A stretch of DNA of 64,000 nt. It comes from an uncultured Phycisphaerales bacterium. GTDB taxonomy: Bacteria; Planctomycetota; Phycisphaerae; Tepidisphaerales; Tepidisphaeraceae. The DNA is taken from the NCBI GenBank assembly GCA_963758525.1, contig CAVWVQ010000003.1:1952001-2016000 (forward strand), in the 5' to 3' direction. The notes beneath the pieces are model-generated. The model made no database searches, was not told where the DNA came from, and worked only from the letters and a program-made list of their open reading frames with translations. This document shows, in pieces, positions 19,090 to 30,290 of this stretch. Both the position numbers and the translations under genes were made by a program. The number at the start of each line of letters is the position of its first letter. The first letter of the stretch is position 1.

Positions 19090-19804
19090 GGCGCCGCCGG
19101 CTGCGTGGCCGGCCCCGTCGACGTCCCGCCAGCGTCCGCGCCGACCTGCCCATGGGCCAACTGGTTGTAATAACTCGAGAGCACCGCTTCATATCCGGGC
19201 GGGAATCCTTCAGTTTGCGATTGAAGGATCTGCTCGCGCTCTTTTGGAGGAAGCTGACCCCATACTCTGGTTCCCGCCTGTGCATCATGCAACGGCCCCT
19301 GCCCGCCGGGGCCTTTGGCAAGGGTCGAATGCTGCATCGGTTTGGTCGGATTGGGATTGCTTCCGCTTCCGCCGGCTTTGGTTTGCCTTTCCAGTTCCGT
19401 AATGATTTCGTCCAGTCCGGCCAGCACCGCTTTCTGTTTCGCCTGAACGGGCGGGCCGGTGAGCATGTCGCCCAGGTCATGTGCGATGTCGTTCATCTGC
19501 TTTGCCAGGGGCGGGAGCGGATCACCCGAGTCGACCGGCTCCTTCGGCACCTTGCTGCTGCACCGCAATTCCGGATGGTTTCTGCGCAGTCGGGAAGTGG
19601 CACTCGTCGGCCAGGCGACCTTCTGTATGCCGCCACACGCCTCTGGTCCCCTCTCCCGGTACCCCGGGAGAGCGCTGGAGTCGACGCTGCGCCAGTCGCG
19701 GCAGTTGCGAGCGGGGTAAATTCCAACGGCGTCGCTGACCAGCAAAACAATACGAAAATCGGCGCCAACCGCCGCATGCCTGATTTGGAATTGAATGCAC
19801 TCAT
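19086..19804 (-). CDS. Secreted hypothetical protein (WGxLPPxERE...FPxxY family), frameshift near 19553
   Basis: ORF 19493..19804 (signal-peptide-like start 2 nt after the upstream stop) joins 19086..19745 at AAA|KVPKEP; C-terminus WGQLPPKEREQILQSQTEGFPPGYEAVLSSYY. Confidence 0.7.
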
Positions 19805-19806
19805 AA

Positions 19807-21321
19807 TCAGTTCTTCCCCGTCAGCTCGGCGTCGAGGGCCTCGGTTGCCTTCAGTACGTCCAACTGACGGTCGCGGACCGCATTGATCCGCGCCTCCATC
19901 GCCGGATCAACCGATGGCGCCGTCGCCGGCACATCTCTCGGGCGGTCGCCGTCCACCCGAAGGGTCTGCACATCCACGCGCGCCTGCATCATCCGCAGCA
20001 CCTTCAACTCGGCCAGCAGCTTGTTCTTGTTCCCCTTGCAGTGACATTCCCCTGCCGGCCCGGGGTTGGATGCCAGTTGCTTGAACGTATCCAGCAAATC
20101 CTTCAGATCAGCCTCGATTTGCTTCTGGTTGGCCACGAGAACCGCGTCGGCACTGCCGGATTGAAGTTGATCGCCGACCGAAGCCATATCGGCACGAATT
20201 TCCTTCAGCGCGTCCGGCAGCGCCACACTGAATTCCGTTTGTTGAATCAGATCGATGGTCTGGTCGCAAATCCGAATAATTCCCGCCTCGTTGGGAGCCA
20301 GTTGCTGCACGCGAAGGACTGTCGTCGGATCGCCGGATGGCAAATGTCCCACCACCGCCTCGGTCGCCCCGCGCACATTCTTCTGGCGGTCGAGCATTTC
20401 GGTGAGATTCTCGATCACCTGCTTGCGCACCTCGGCCTGCAGCTCGGCGAGGATCTTCTGCTTTTCCTTCTCAAGATCGTCGTGCGCCTTCTGCATCTGA
20501 TCCACCGCCTGCTGCTGCAATCCCTGCGCGTCTGATGGCTTGCTCGCCCCCAGGCTTCCCTCCGCCAGCGACATGCTCTGCGACGCCTTGCCCAGGCCGT
20601 CGGCCGCCTTGGCGGGACCGGGCCCCAGGTCCTTGAGCGTCTGATTCAGCGCCTCGGTTGTCTGGCGGTTCTGCTTCTGCTCCTGCCCCGGCCCGGGCAT
20701 CTTCTTCGGATCGAACTGCCCGGTCTTGGCGAGATTTCCCGATTGGTCGCGCTGACGCTTTTCTTCCTTGATTGCCGCGTCCAGCTTCACCATCGCGGCG
20801 TTCAACTGCTTGAGCCGTTCCAGTTGCATCTGCAGATCGAGGTCCGCCGAGGTGAGCAGCTTCCGCAATTCTTCCAGCTTCAACAAAACCTGGGCCTGCT
20901 CTTCGTTCGCCTTGGAGAGATCCGCGATGGTCAGCCGATCCAGCACGTCGCGCATCTGTTCGATGATCAGATCTTCCCGCGCCTTACGAAGGGCCATCAG
21001 CAATCGCGATGAATCATCCGGCTCGGTCTCGCGGGTCAGGTCGGCCAGTTGAAACATCCGCTCCTGCAACTCCTGCATTTCCGCTTCCACTGTCTTCTGC
21101 TGAAATTGAACCTGATCCGCCGTCGAAGCGACCGGCGTGGCGTCAGCGCCGAATGCGGAGTGCGCGACTGTGAAAAATGGAATTAGCGCCGTGGCGACCG
21201 ACATCAACCAGGAAGTTTGTCGCAAGGAAAGTCTCATCTGAAACATCGCTTCACCCCGAGATTCGTTTCGGCCTGGATCCAAGGCCGTAATTATGCCGCG
21301 GATCGCGCGATTGTCACTCAT
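19807..21321 (-). CDS. Secreted coiled-coil protein (DUF4175-like)
   Basis: 504 aa Q/E/L-rich heptads after a signal-peptide-like segment; LLAELKVLRMMQARV motif; start uncertain. Confidence 0.8.
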   Translation of the reverse strand: MSDNRAIRGIITALDPGRNESRGEAMFQMRLSLRQTSWLMSVATALIPFFTVAHSAFGADATPVASTADQVQFQQKTVEAEMQELQERMFQLADLTRETEPDDSSRLLMALRKAREDLIIEQMRDVLDRLTIADLSKANEEQAQVLLKLEELRKLLTSADLDLQMQLERLKQLNAAMVKLDAAIKEEKRQRDQSGNLAKTGQFDPKKMPGPGQEQKQNRQTTEALNQTLKDLGPGPAKAADGLGKASQSMSLAEGSLGASKPSDAQGLQQQAVDQMQKAHDDLEKEKQKILAELQAEVRKQVIENLTEMLDRQKNVRGATEAVVGHLPSGDPTTVLRVQQLAPNEAGIIRICDQTIDLIQQTEFSVALPDALKEIRADMASVGDQLQSGSADAVLVANQKQIEADLKDLLDTFKQLASNPGPAGECHCKGNKNKLLAELKVLRMMQARVDVQTLRVDGDRPRDVPATAPSVDPAMEARINAVRDRQLDVLKATEALDAELTGKN

Positions 21322-21353
21322 TAAATTCCCGTCAAATCACCAATCACCAGCCT

Positions 21354-23483
21354 TCACTTCTCAAAAATCCCCTCCGTTTCCTGCTTTTTCAACAGCTTCG
21401 TGCTCTGCTCGGCTTGATCCTGAATCCGGATGATCTCGTTCAACTGATTCAACACGTCCACGAAGCTGTCCCACTGCGACATCTGCTTGAGAATCTCCTC
21501 CATTTTGGCAACGATCTGCACCTGTCGATCGCCCGCGTCCGCCAGCGCCTTCGCATCCCGCGGCTTGAGGTTGTCCAGGGCGTCTTTCTGCGGCGTAAAC
21601 AGCTCGTCGTTGAGGTTCTTCAATGGCGTCAGCACGTTTTTCTCAATCAATTCATAAGCTTCATCAGTCGCCAGGGCGTTGAGCCTCATTTCCGTGACGG
21701 TCTCGGAGATCGCGGTATCGATGCCGGTCACCTCGCGCTGGATCGCTCGATTGCGATGAGCCATGTCCCCGATGGCCTCGCTTGTCGCCAGCTTTGGCAA
21801 CTCGTCGCGCATCATCCGCGCTTCGTCCGTCTGCTTGCGAAATTTGGCGCGCTCCGCCTTTTCGCGGAGCAAAATCTCGCGGAATAATTCTTCGGGCGGC
21901 ACGATCCGGAAAGTCACTTGGCGCGACTGGCTTGCCTGCGGGCCAACGTAGCAATGATCGACCGCCGTCGCGTTCACCGTCAGCAGTGATCCAGGCGGCA
22001 ATTTCATCGCCTCAAGTTCCACCGTCCGCTGCTGCTGCACTTCCAATTCCATCGTGGGAATGACCGGGCCATACAGCGACAGGGCGCTGCTCTCTGCAAT
22101 CAGGTGTCCGGCGCTGGTCGGATCAGGCCGCTCCGCCTTGAGCGCCATCCCGACGCCGGCAACGCCATAGTCGTCGCGTGCGTCGACCGTCATCGGAATC
22201 CTCGCGCACGGCGTCACGCGCTGATGAACCCCGGAATACGCCAGCGTCACCCGCGGCGGCTGATCGACCTTCAATCCAATCGCTACATCCGTCGGCGCAG
22301 ACGTCAGGCGGGCGTCGCGGGAAATCAACTCGATCTGCATCTGCACGTTCCGCTCCTGCGTCCAGTCGATTGCAAAATGCTCTTCATCGATCTGCCGCAA
22401 TTGCGACTGCGACGGCTGCGTTGTCGATGAGGCAATTCTTGCCTCGGCGATCGGCGTGTTGGAACTGAAGAGCAACTGCATCTTCGTTTGCGGCAGGAAC
22501 GACAAGTCCGCATCCGTCCCGCTGAACAGGTACGTCTGAGCCATGGCCTCGGTCGGATGCCGGGCAATCAGTTTCAAGTCGGTGATCTTCGGCCTTTCAG
22601 CGGGCCTGATGGTAAATGGCTCCATCACGTCGTCCCCGCCCCATACTTCAACTGTCGTCGCCGAACGGATTCCCGAGAAGTCATATCGATAATCGTTTGG
22701 ACCAAAGTTCGTCAGCGTCGCCCGGACCCGGTTTGCGGAACCTTCGCGAAACGCCATCGACACCTTCTCCGGCGCCAGCGTCCCCGGCTTGGCGCTGACG
22801 CGCAGCGCAAACGCCTCGCCGCTGGGCACGACGATCACGCCGTCCGTGAGCCCCGCCACCTGCAGATACGTCTTTTGCGGCCAGGGGGTGTTCGATCCCA
22901 GCATCATTCGCGCCGCCCAGAGCCGCGTGGTCGCGGGCGCGAGCAGAAAAATAAGCGCGGGCAGGATGACCGCTGCCGCGATCACGCTTGCCGCCACATT
23001 CCGTCGTCGATCATCAAGCCTGCTGCCAAAATCCAATCCCGCCAGCGCCGCATGACTTGTCGCAACCGCCTGATGCACCATCGCGGCTGATGGAGCCGAG
23101 GCGCCGTGCAGCAGCGAAGGCAAATCCAGCACAGTGGCGATGCGCGGCGCGATCGCCGCGCTGCCCGGTTTTCCGTCGAGCGCGCAGGCGAGGGTCATCG
23201 CATCCAGCTTCAGCCGCAATGGCCCGACGATTTGCTGCCATGCGAAGACAGCCAGCGCCCCCAGCGCGGAGACGAGCATCGCGATGCGCACCGGAGCAGA
23301 GAGGCGAAACGTCCGATCCGCGACAAACGTCAAAAGAGCCGCGAGGACAATCGCCGCCGCGACTTGCGCCGCGCCCTCGAGCAGCAGTCGCGACCGCACT
23401 CTGCGCCGGAACCCTGCCATGCGATCCAGCAACGACCGGCGCGCTTCATCCGGCATGATGTTGGGGAAATCGAGCACGGTCAT
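21354..23483 (-). CDS. Membrane-anchored protein: three TM helices + Ig-like domains + coiled coil (DUF4175-like)
   Basis: 709 aa; N-terminal TMs, WPQKTYL, DQPPRV...ARDDYGV and a helical C-terminus. Confidence 0.85.
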   Translation of the reverse strand: MTVLDFPNIMPDEARRSLLDRMAGFRRRVRSRLLLEGAAQVAAAIVLAALLTFVADRTFRLSAPVRIAMLVSALGALAVFAWQQIVGPLRLKLDAMTLACALDGKPGSAAIAPRIATVLDLPSLLHGASAPSAAMVHQAVATSHAALAGLDFGSRLDDRRRNVAASVIAAAVILPALIFLLAPATTRLWAARMMLGSNTPWPQKTYLQVAGLTDGVIVVPSGEAFALRVSAKPGTLAPEKVSMAFREGSANRVRATLTNFGPNDYRYDFSGIRSATTVEVWGGDDVMEPFTIRPAERPKITDLKLIARHPTEAMAQTYLFSGTDADLSFLPQTKMQLLFSSNTPIAEARIASSTTQPSQSQLRQIDEEHFAIDWTQERNVQMQIELISRDARLTSAPTDVAIGLKVDQPPRVTLAYSGVHQRVTPCARIPMTVDARDDYGVAGVGMALKAERPDPTSAGHLIAESSALSLYGPVIPTMELEVQQQRTVELEAMKLPPGSLLTVNATAVDHCYVGPQASQSRQVTFRIVPPEELFREILLREKAERAKFRKQTDEARMMRDELPKLATSEAIGDMAHRNRAIQREVTGIDTAISETVTEMRLNALATDEAYELIEKNVLTPLKNLNDELFTPQKDALDNLKPRDAKALADAGDRQVQIVAKMEEILKQMSQWDSFVDVLNQLNEIIRIQDQAEQSTKLLKKQETEGIFEK

Positions 23484-23490
23484 AAAACCT

Positions 23491-25929
23491 CTACACCAAT
23501 CGCATTCGCTTCCGTAAAACCCACTCGAGAATGATCGCCGTCAGCATCGTTCCATAGATCGCCGGCGCGTCCCAGATCTCCTGGCGATCCTCCAGCGTTC
23601 TGCCTACGCGATGCGTTTTGAACGCGTCGGGAATCTCCGTCGCGTCGGCCAGTTGAAACACTCTCCCGGTCCCGGCAGAGCGCGCGATCGCCTGCAGCGT
23701 CGTCAGATCGACGGTCGGATGATCGAATTCGAGATTCGGCAATTCCACCGGCACCTCCAGCGTCGCCGCCCGCGTGCCCGCCTTCATGTCCGGCTCGCCC
23801 GCCCACACCCGAACGAGGTGCGTTCCCGCCTTTTCAACCGGAAACGTCGCTTCATACTGATGCGGATCGCTCTTTCGCGGGGTCAGCGTGATCTGTGTCG
23901 GCGTGTCATCTCCGACCTGCACTTCGCCGTGCATCGATTCGAGGCCGGCATCGCGATCCGCCGGGTTGTCAAAACTTGCCACGAGCGTCACCTGGCTCCC
24001 GGGCCGGTAGCTCGTGCGATCCGTCGTCAATGTGTAGGGATACCTGCCGCCCAGTTGCTTGCTTCGCCCGGCACGATCGACCATGTGCGCCCAGAAGCTG
24101 TCGAAGAATCGGTCGTCCAGATACCGCCACCGATACGTCGAATCGAAAGCGCAGAAAAACGTCCGGCCCGGCCCGACCAGTTGCGTCGCCAGCAATACGT
24201 GCGGTCCATATTCATTGCGCATCCGCGGATCAGCGTGCCGCGCCAGCACCGTCGCCCCCGGCCGGGGACGCGTCACCGGAAAATACCAGAACATCCCGGG
24301 CAGGCTCGACAAAATCGTTTCGTTGTCCTCCGGCCGGTCGGAAAATGTGAAGATCGGATCGCTCTTTCCTTCCGGCGTGATCTCCAGCTTCCACGGCGAC
24401 TGCGTCGAAAGCTTTACCGTCACGTCCGTGTGATACAACCCCGGCTCGACCATCACCGGCAGAAGATTCAGCCACGAGAGCGCCGGATCATCCGGCCGGT
24501 CGTACAGGTCCTTGGTATTTCGCTCGCCCGCGACGTAGATCAGCCCGCCGCCCGCCTTGGCGACAAAGTCATTGAGCAACTGTGGATAGTCCGCCGGCCA
24601 TGCGCTCGGATCGGGGTCATACAGAATGATGCAGTCAAAATCGTTGAGCTCTTCAGCCGTCTCCGGCAGTCGTTTCAGTCTCGGCGCTCCGGGTTGCTCG
24701 TAATCGGCGTCCGCCGTCTGCAGCCAGGTGCTTGCGCTGATGGCGTTGTCGCGAAGCAGCATCGCCCGGATGAATTCCACTTCGGGAAAGGTTTCCCCCG
24801 CGATAAACAGAACCTTGATCTTGTCGCGGATCGCCCGCACGTCGGTGATGGCCGAGTGATCGCTCGCCTGCAACTCCGGACCGGCGCCTTCCAGGCTGGC
24901 GCGCATTTGCAGCTTCGCCGGAGTCTCGGCGGAAAATTCGAACGTTGCCGTCTGAAGTTGCCCCGTCTCTTCCAGAACGATCGGCTGACGCCCGATTTCT
25001 TCCCACGGCCCGCCGTCGCGGGCCCGCTCCAGCACGACTGTCGCCGGCTGATGCGCCATCCCGCGCGATTCGACCAGCACGTGCAACTGATTCGGGTCGC
25101 GAACGAACACCACCGGCGATACGTCGATCTTGGTGATCTTCGCCGAGCGCGGCCCGTCGATCGTTCCCAGCGCCAGCGGAACGACGGGAACGCCTTCCGC
25201 CGCGGCAAGCTCTGCGGCCTTCGCCGGGCTCTCGCCGGCGTTGGATTGCCCGTCGGTCAGCAGCAGAATCCCCGCGACCGGCTGTCCCTGATACGCTGCG
25301 ATCGCCTGACGGATCGCCGCGCCGACGGCGGTTGCCGATCGGTCTTCGGCGACGATCGATTCATTTGGCCGTGTTGTCGGTTGCGTCGACGCGGCGCTGG
25401 TCAGTCTCGTGGCAAAATTATGGCGGCGCACCAGGCGGTCTCCGTTGGCTCCCAGCGCCGCCAACAGCCCGTTGCCCAGCGCACGCTCTCCCAGCGTGCG
25501 GCGCGACAGTCGTCGCAAGTCGTTCACTCCGCCGGTGAGTTTCAATGCCTTGGCCGTCTCCGCGGCGACATGTTCGTCCACATACGCGTCGCGCAAATCC
25601 ATCGATTCGGAGCTGTCGCTCAAAACGATCAGGTTCGACGGCACGTACTCGGTCTTATCGAAAATCAGCACCGGCTCGAGCAGCATGATCAGCACGCTCC
25701 CCAGCACGATCAGCCGGAGCAGCACGAGCGACCAGAGACTCACCGGATGAAGCGCCTTTCCCTCGCGCCGGTAGAGAAGCGACACCACCCAGATCGCGCC
25801 CGCCACTGCCACCGCCAGCAGCAGCGCGGCATCGTGCTTCGGCATCGAGAGCCATTCGAGCTTCCACACACCGCCGCGCACCCAGGAGCTCGGGCGGATG
25901 TTGAAGATGAATTCGATGAGTCTTTCCAT
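23491..25929 (-). CDS. vWA + glutamine-amidotransferase-like domain membrane protein
   Basis: MIDAS DSSESM, LLTDGQSNAG, GGGLIYVAGE, VGPGRTFF..DSTYRWR and C-terminal TM ending EWVLRKR. Confidence 0.9.
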   Translation of the reverse strand: MERLIEFIFNIRPSSWVRGGVWKLEWLSMPKHDAALLLAVAVAGAIWVVSLLYRREGKALHPVSLWSLVLLRLIVLGSVLIMLLEPVLIFDKTEYVPSNLIVLSDSSESMDLRDAYVDEHVAAETAKALKLTGGVNDLRRLSRRTLGERALGNGLLAALGANGDRLVRRHNFATRLTSAASTQPTTRPNESIVAEDRSATAVGAAIRQAIAAYQGQPVAGILLLTDGQSNAGESPAKAAELAAAEGVPVVPLALGTIDGPRSAKITKIDVSPVVFVRDPNQLHVLVESRGMAHQPATVVLERARDGGPWEEIGRQPIVLEETGQLQTATFEFSAETPAKLQMRASLEGAGPELQASDHSAITDVRAIRDKIKVLFIAGETFPEVEFIRAMLLRDNAISASTWLQTADADYEQPGAPRLKRLPETAEELNDFDCIILYDPDPSAWPADYPQLLNDFVAKAGGGLIYVAGERNTKDLYDRPDDPALSWLNLLPVMVEPGLYHTDVTVKLSTQSPWKLEITPEGKSDPIFTFSDRPEDNETILSSLPGMFWYFPVTRPRPGATVLARHADPRMRNEYGPHVLLATQLVGPGRTFFCAFDSTYRWRYLDDRFFDSFWAHMVDRAGRSKQLGGRYPYTLTTDRTSYRPGSQVTLVASFDNPADRDAGLESMHGEVQVGDDTPTQITLTPRKSDPHQYEATFPVEKAGTHLVRVWAGEPDMKAGTRAATLEVPVELPNLEFDHPTVDLTTLQAIARSAGTGRVFQLADATEIPDAFKTHRVGRTLEDRQEIWDAPAIYGTMLTAIILEWVLRKRMRLV

Positions 25930-25939
25930 GAATCGCCGT

Positions 25940-28054
25940 CTACCGCTCGCGGCCCACATAAAACGCCAGCACGGACTCCACCACCAACAAGCTCAAAAGA
26001 GTGACCGCCAGATTTCGCCAGATCTCCCGGCCCGGCCCCGCCGCGGCCAGCGCGCCGGGGTAATAGGCGACGATACTCGCCTTGAGATTCCCGAGCAGCC
26101 CCGCGAGCTGCGATTCGATCAACGGCTCGAGATCGCTCGCGTTTTTGTCAAAGCTTGCCGCCATCTGGTGCGTCTGCTGCCTGCCCTGAGCATCGTTCCA
26201 ACTGAGCGTGTAGATCCCGGCCCGCTCCGTGTGCCAGAACTGAAACATTCCGCAACCTGTCGGGAGCACCTGCGGGGTCGGATCCCCCGGCGCGGCAACC
26301 CGGGCATTCAATTTTGGCTGATTATCGCTGGGTCGATATACCAATGTATGTCCCGCGACCAGGTTGTCCTCCCAAGGATCCGGACGCGCGACCGACAGCG
26401 CGGCCGAGCGCACTGCCAGCACAAACGTCGGATCGATCGGCCAATCCGTCCATTCCCGATCGGCCGACGTTGTGAACAGCAGCACGCGCCCTGCGCCGAA
26501 TTTTCGCTCGATCACCGCAGGGCGGCCGGCCGGATCATTCCAACGGGCCAGCACGCGCGTTCCCCAGTCATTCTTCGAAACTTCCACGCCCATCAGGCGC
26601 TTTGTCTCAATCTTGGCAAGCGCGGCGGGCGCGAGCTTCGCCAGCGCGGCCAGCGGTGAATCAGCGAATCCCTCCATCACCAGACCGCGCACCGGGCCGT
26701 CCTCGATGCGATCCAGCTTTGCGGGCAGAAGCCCTGCGCCATTGCGGAACAGGCGCTGGTTATACATTTCCGGGTCGACCTGCTCTCCGCAAAAGATCAG
26801 CAGCCCCGTGCCGTCCCTGACGAGCCGTTCGTACTCGGCAACCATCGCGGGCGACAGATTCGCCGCATCGGTGATCGCCAGTGCATCGGGCCGGTCGGGA
26901 TGAGCGGCCTGCAAATCCGTGTCGGCCCAGTGCTGGATATGCCACGGCTCCTGACCCACACTCAGTGCCAGTTGGACAAAATCTCCCGAAGATTCGAACG
27001 GCCCAGCGCCTTGGCGCCCATCAATCAAGGTCAGATTCAGCCGTTCCCGCATGTCGACGGCCAGGTGCCGCACGTTGTCGCCGTTGAGCGCGTCGTCCGG
27101 CAATGCGAAATCCAGTTGATGCTGCCCCGGCTTGGCAAGTGTCACGGAAAGCGGAACATCGGTCGTCGTCCCCGGCGACAGCGAGGGCAGCACCACCGGG
27201 CGGGATTCGCCATCCACCGTCAACACCGCCTGCGCGCCGGCGATGGTCTCTGTCGTGTCATTCTTCACCACGGCCGCAATTTTCAAAGGCACGCCCGGCA
27301 GCGCGATCGAATCCTCCTGTGAAAACTTCGCCAGAGAAACGTTCGCCGTTTTTCGCGATCCCACGTCGATCACCCGCGCCTCAATGCCCTGCGCCGCCCA
27401 GCGATTAGCCAGCTCCGTCACGCCGCTGCTCCATCCGCTGCGCCGCATATCGGTGATCAGGATGATTTCCTTCTGCGGAAACGTTGCCGTCCCCAGGCAT
27501 TCGTCGATCACCTTGAACGTCGCCGCCCAGTTGCACGCCGCGTCGGTCGTCTGCAGCGCCTGCACCTGCGCCAGCAATTTTGAAGGGTCTTCCAGGCTGG
27601 CCTCGCGAACCAAGGGCGACGCTTCGGGCGCGGTGGTTAAAAATGTGATCGAATCCTGCGACCCGGTCGCTCGCAGCACCTCGCCGGCCGCGCTCTTTCC
27701 AAGATCCATCGCCGTGCGTCCGTCCTGGCGATACCCCATTGCCAGCGAATCATCCAGCACGACGATCCGGCTCACGCGCGACCGCCGCGACAGCAACGAA
27801 CCAATGCCCGCCTTCGATAAGACGGGGCGCGCCACCGTCACAACCAGCAGAATGATCAGCAGCGTGCGCAGCAGCAGCAGGAGCAATTGTTCGATGCGAA
27901 GCCGCCGGCGGTTGTTCTTCACCGTCAGCTTCAGGTATTTCATCGGCGCCCATTCCACCAGCTCAAACCGGCGACGATTGAGCAGGTGGATGATCAACGG
28001 CACCGACGCCAGCGCCAGACCAAAGAGCACCGGAGCGGAGAGGAACTGCATCAT
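25940..28054 (-). CDS. BatA-domain + vWA + CARDB-like + GATase-like protein
   Basis: N-terminal PLIIHLLNRRR...WAPMKYL...LLLLLRTL..ARP (BatA), LDDSLAM, ITDMR, DALNGDNVR and GAGRVLLF...WTDWP. Confidence 0.9.
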   Translation of the reverse strand: MMQFLSAPVLFGLALASVPLIIHLLNRRRFELVEWAPMKYLKLTVKNNRRRLRIEQLLLLLLRTLLIILLVVTVARPVLSKAGIGSLLSRRSRVSRIVVLDDSLAMGYRQDGRTAMDLGKSAAGEVLRATGSQDSITFLTTAPEASPLVREASLEDPSKLLAQVQALQTTDAACNWAATFKVIDECLGTATFPQKEIILITDMRRSGWSSGVTELANRWAAQGIEARVIDVGSRKTANVSLAKFSQEDSIALPGVPLKIAAVVKNDTTETIAGAQAVLTVDGESRPVVLPSLSPGTTTDVPLSVTLAKPGQHQLDFALPDDALNGDNVRHLAVDMRERLNLTLIDGRQGAGPFESSGDFVQLALSVGQEPWHIQHWADTDLQAAHPDRPDALAITDAANLSPAMVAEYERLVRDGTGLLIFCGEQVDPEMYNQRLFRNGAGLLPAKLDRIEDGPVRGLVMEGFADSPLAALAKLAPAALAKIETKRLMGVEVSKNDWGTRVLARWNDPAGRPAVIERKFGAGRVLLFTTSADREWTDWPIDPTFVLAVRSAALSVARPDPWEDNLVAGHTLVYRPSDNQPKLNARVAAPGDPTPQVLPTGCGMFQFWHTERAGIYTLSWNDAQGRQQTHQMAASFDKNASDLEPLIESQLAGLLGNLKASIVAYYPGALAAAGPGREIWRNLAVTLLSLLVVESVLAFYVGRER

Positions 28055-28992
28055 TCCCCTCCCGCGGTCGGTCCGGAGAGCTTGCCGGCGCGTCCGCTCC
28101 CGCCGCGCCCGTCGCGGCCGTGCAGATAGAAGCTCAGCGCCATTCCCAGATCATCCGTCGTTCGCAGCAGGATATGATCGATTCGCGCGTAGAGGCACCG
28201 GCTGCGCACTTCGCCGATGAACGTCTCCATCGCGCGCTTGTAAGACTGCCGAAAAGCCCGAGGCTCGGCAAACAGCTCTTCAGCCTGCGCGCCCCCTTCG
28301 ATGTCGCGGAACAGCACCGAGTCCTTGAACGGCAATTCGATCTCGTCGGGATCGAGCACCTGAAACACGATGATTTCGTGCCCCTCATGCTGAAGGCGCC
28401 CAAGGCTGTCGTAGAATTTGTCCAGATCCGTGAGCAGATCGGAGATGATGATCACCACGCCGCGGCGTTTAATCTGCCCCGCGATCTTGTTCATCACCTC
28501 GGCCAGCTCGGTTTCCCGATCGGGCCTGGTCTTCTCGATCACGTCGATGATCTTCGCGAGCTGCGACTGCGTTGCCGTCGGCCGAAGCCAGGCGCGCTCT
28601 TCCTTGTCAAAGACAACAAGTCCGATCGCGTCGCGTTGTTTGATCAGCAATGCCGCAAGGGACGCCGTGAGCGTCGCCGCATATTCAAACTTGGTCATGG
28701 CCCCCCGGCCGTATCGCATCGACCGGCTGGCATCCAGCACCAGCGTCGCGCGCAAGTCCGATTCCTGCTCGTACTGCTTGATGTGAAATCGGTTGCTCCG
28801 CGCGTACGCCCGCCAATCGAGCCGCTTCAGATCATCCCCCGGCGCATATTCCCGGTAGCTGGCAAACTCCACGCTGACGCCATGCAGCGGGCTGCGATGA
28901 ATCCCGGAGATACTCCCTTCGACGACGCGCTGTGCGCGGAGTCCCAGGGGAAGGATCCGAGCGAGAATTTGCGGGTTTAGATAGGAGGTCAT
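28051..28992 (-). CDS. DUF58 domain protein
   Basis: GIHRSPLHGVSVEFASYREYAPGDDLKRLDW, LDASRSM and IISDL motifs. Confidence 0.95.
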   Translation of the reverse strand: MTSYLNPQILARILPLGLRAQRVVEGSISGIHRSPLHGVSVEFASYREYAPGDDLKRLDWRAYARSNRFHIKQYEQESDLRATLVLDASRSMRYGRGAMTKFEYAATLTASLAALLIKQRDAIGLVVFDKEERAWLRPTATQSQLAKIIDVIEKTRPDRETELAEVMNKIAGQIKRRGVVIIISDLLTDLDKFYDSLGRLQHEGHEIIVFQVLDPDEIELPFKDSVLFRDIEGGAQAEELFAEPRAFRQSYKRAMETFIGEVRSRCLYARIDHILLRTTDDLGMALSFYLHGRDGRGGSGRAGKLSGPTAGGE

Positions 28993-29153
28993 GTGAATTT
29001 TGTTGGTCTTCTGTCGCGATCACCGTTGATATCTGCGCCGGAATCCGCGAGGCCGGAGCGCCGCCACTGACCCCGACCATAATGCTCGTCAACCGGCGCC
29101 GACGCTGGATTCGATCGGGAAGATCGCCGCCGCTACCGACTCTTCGCCTCTTT

Positions 29154-29182
29154 CCCCCTCCCCTGGTACTCCAGGGGAGGGG
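29154..29182. repeat. REP-like hairpin, family A, between moxR and DUF58
   Basis: CCCCCTCCCCTGG-TACT-CCAGGGGAGGGG flanked by TTT/AAA. Confidence 0.75.
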
Positions 29183-29199
29183 AAAAAACTCACCAGCGC

Positions 29200-30259
<1,060 letters not shown>

Positions 30260-30290
30260 GATGCTGCTCCTGTGACAGAGTGATCCCGAA

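Noticed and set aside
23611..26004. 797-aa + strand ORF and similar long antisense ORFs (e.g. 61552..63627, 56733..58109)
   Set aside because: Shadow ORFs opposite well-supported genes in high-GC DNA; Arg-rich with no motifs.
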